Below are positions 63,264-64,000 of a DNA stretch of 64,000 bases, in pieces. The notes under the pieces were generated by a model. The model was not told the DNA's origin. It made no database searches and saw nothing but the letters and a program-made list of their open reading frames with translations. This DNA is from Eledone cirrhosa. Lineage: Eukaryota. The stretch lies in contig OZ024742.1 of assembly GCA_964016885.1 (NCBI GenBank), positions 169,198,001-169,262,000 on the forward strand, written 5' to 3'. Positions within the stretch are counted from its first letter, which is position 1, and each line of letters begins with the position of its first letter. The position numbers were made by a program, and so were the translations under genes.

Positions 63264-63554
63264 TTATTGCTAAAAATCTATATTATTATTTGAACTTGAC
63301 TAAACGATTCTTTTTACTGCTGGCTACTATTGAAACCTCCAGTGACCTCGGTCACTGTTTTCTTCTACAAAATCAGGAGGAATTCATCCCAACTGAGGAA
63401 AGAGCCACATGAGGTGGAATGGCTGACGCTGTGGGTGTTGCTGGCTATTCCCCACAGCAATGTTTTCACCATTTTGTCCGGAGGGCTCAGCTACGATATA
63501 CCATGTAGTCAGGGATACAGAGTCTGACCCTCCTTTTTCCCTTCCCCTTCTTTC

Positions 63555-63697
63555 ATTTGGCAGTATCGGTAGAGCGTCAGACACCATGCTTTGCAGCAAA
63601 GAGTTACAGACCTTTATGATCTGAGTTCAAATCCTACCGAGGTTAACTTTGTACTGGAGTAATTGCTGGCCTTGTGCCAAAAGTAGAAACAATTATT
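63555..63697 (+). mobile_element. tRNA-derived SINE, family 1, internally deleted
   Basis: ttggcagtatcggtagagcgtc...gagttcaaatcctaccgaggttaacttt. Confidence 0.8.
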
Positions 63698-64000
63698 TAC
63701 TTTTCGTCTTTTTATTATTTATTTATTTTGTTTTGTTTTTCTGGTTTTCTAGAGCACAGGGCTGATTTATCTAACCTTAACCCTAACCCTTAACATCCTG
63801 TGTCACAATCTGTCCACTAGTAAAGATGCTATAAACATTTGAGCTAACAAATCACATGTAATCACATTAACAAGACATTCTTGAAAAAGTGCAAAACAGC
63901 ACTGTGACCTCATCACATTAAAAATTAAAGTTTTTACAACAACAACAACCTGCCACTGCCGCCACCGCCACCATAGCAACAACAAAAACTACACCAACAA

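Noticed and set aside
63770-63795. Telomere-like ctaaccttaaccctaaccc
   Set aside because: Only about three imperfect units; too short to call an interstitial telomere.

Overview
AT-rich eukaryotic DNA. The repeat content (RTE LINEs with (GAT)n tails, tRNA-derived SINEs, Penelope-like elements in (TA)n tracts) suggests an octopod cephalopod; this is inference. The minus strand carries eight phase-consistent GT-AG exons (60856 down to 25487) of a long-tailed class I myosin (MYO1E/F-like): end of motor, IQ motif and TH1. The plus strand carries two tandem, apparently single-exon polycystin-1/PKDREJ-like genes (1-1125 partial; 12825-17354). They probably lie antisense inside the next myosin intron. 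Both stop at the same position after TM5, so they lack the TOP and channel domains, and the complete copy has a non-consensus GPS site. The introns hold at least eight unrelated families of type I hammerhead ribozyme motifs. Most sit in long inverted repeats or Penelope pseudo-LTR-like repeats, several have unusually long stem II insertions, and one forms a 437-nt retrozyme-like dimer. The rest is RTE, Penelope, CRE-like, Chapaev3, hAT, Tigger, piggyBac and Helitron remnants plus about 8.5 kb of strand-asymmetric minisatellite. Coordinates were read by eye: exon and ribozyme boundaries carefully, transposon boundaries approximately.
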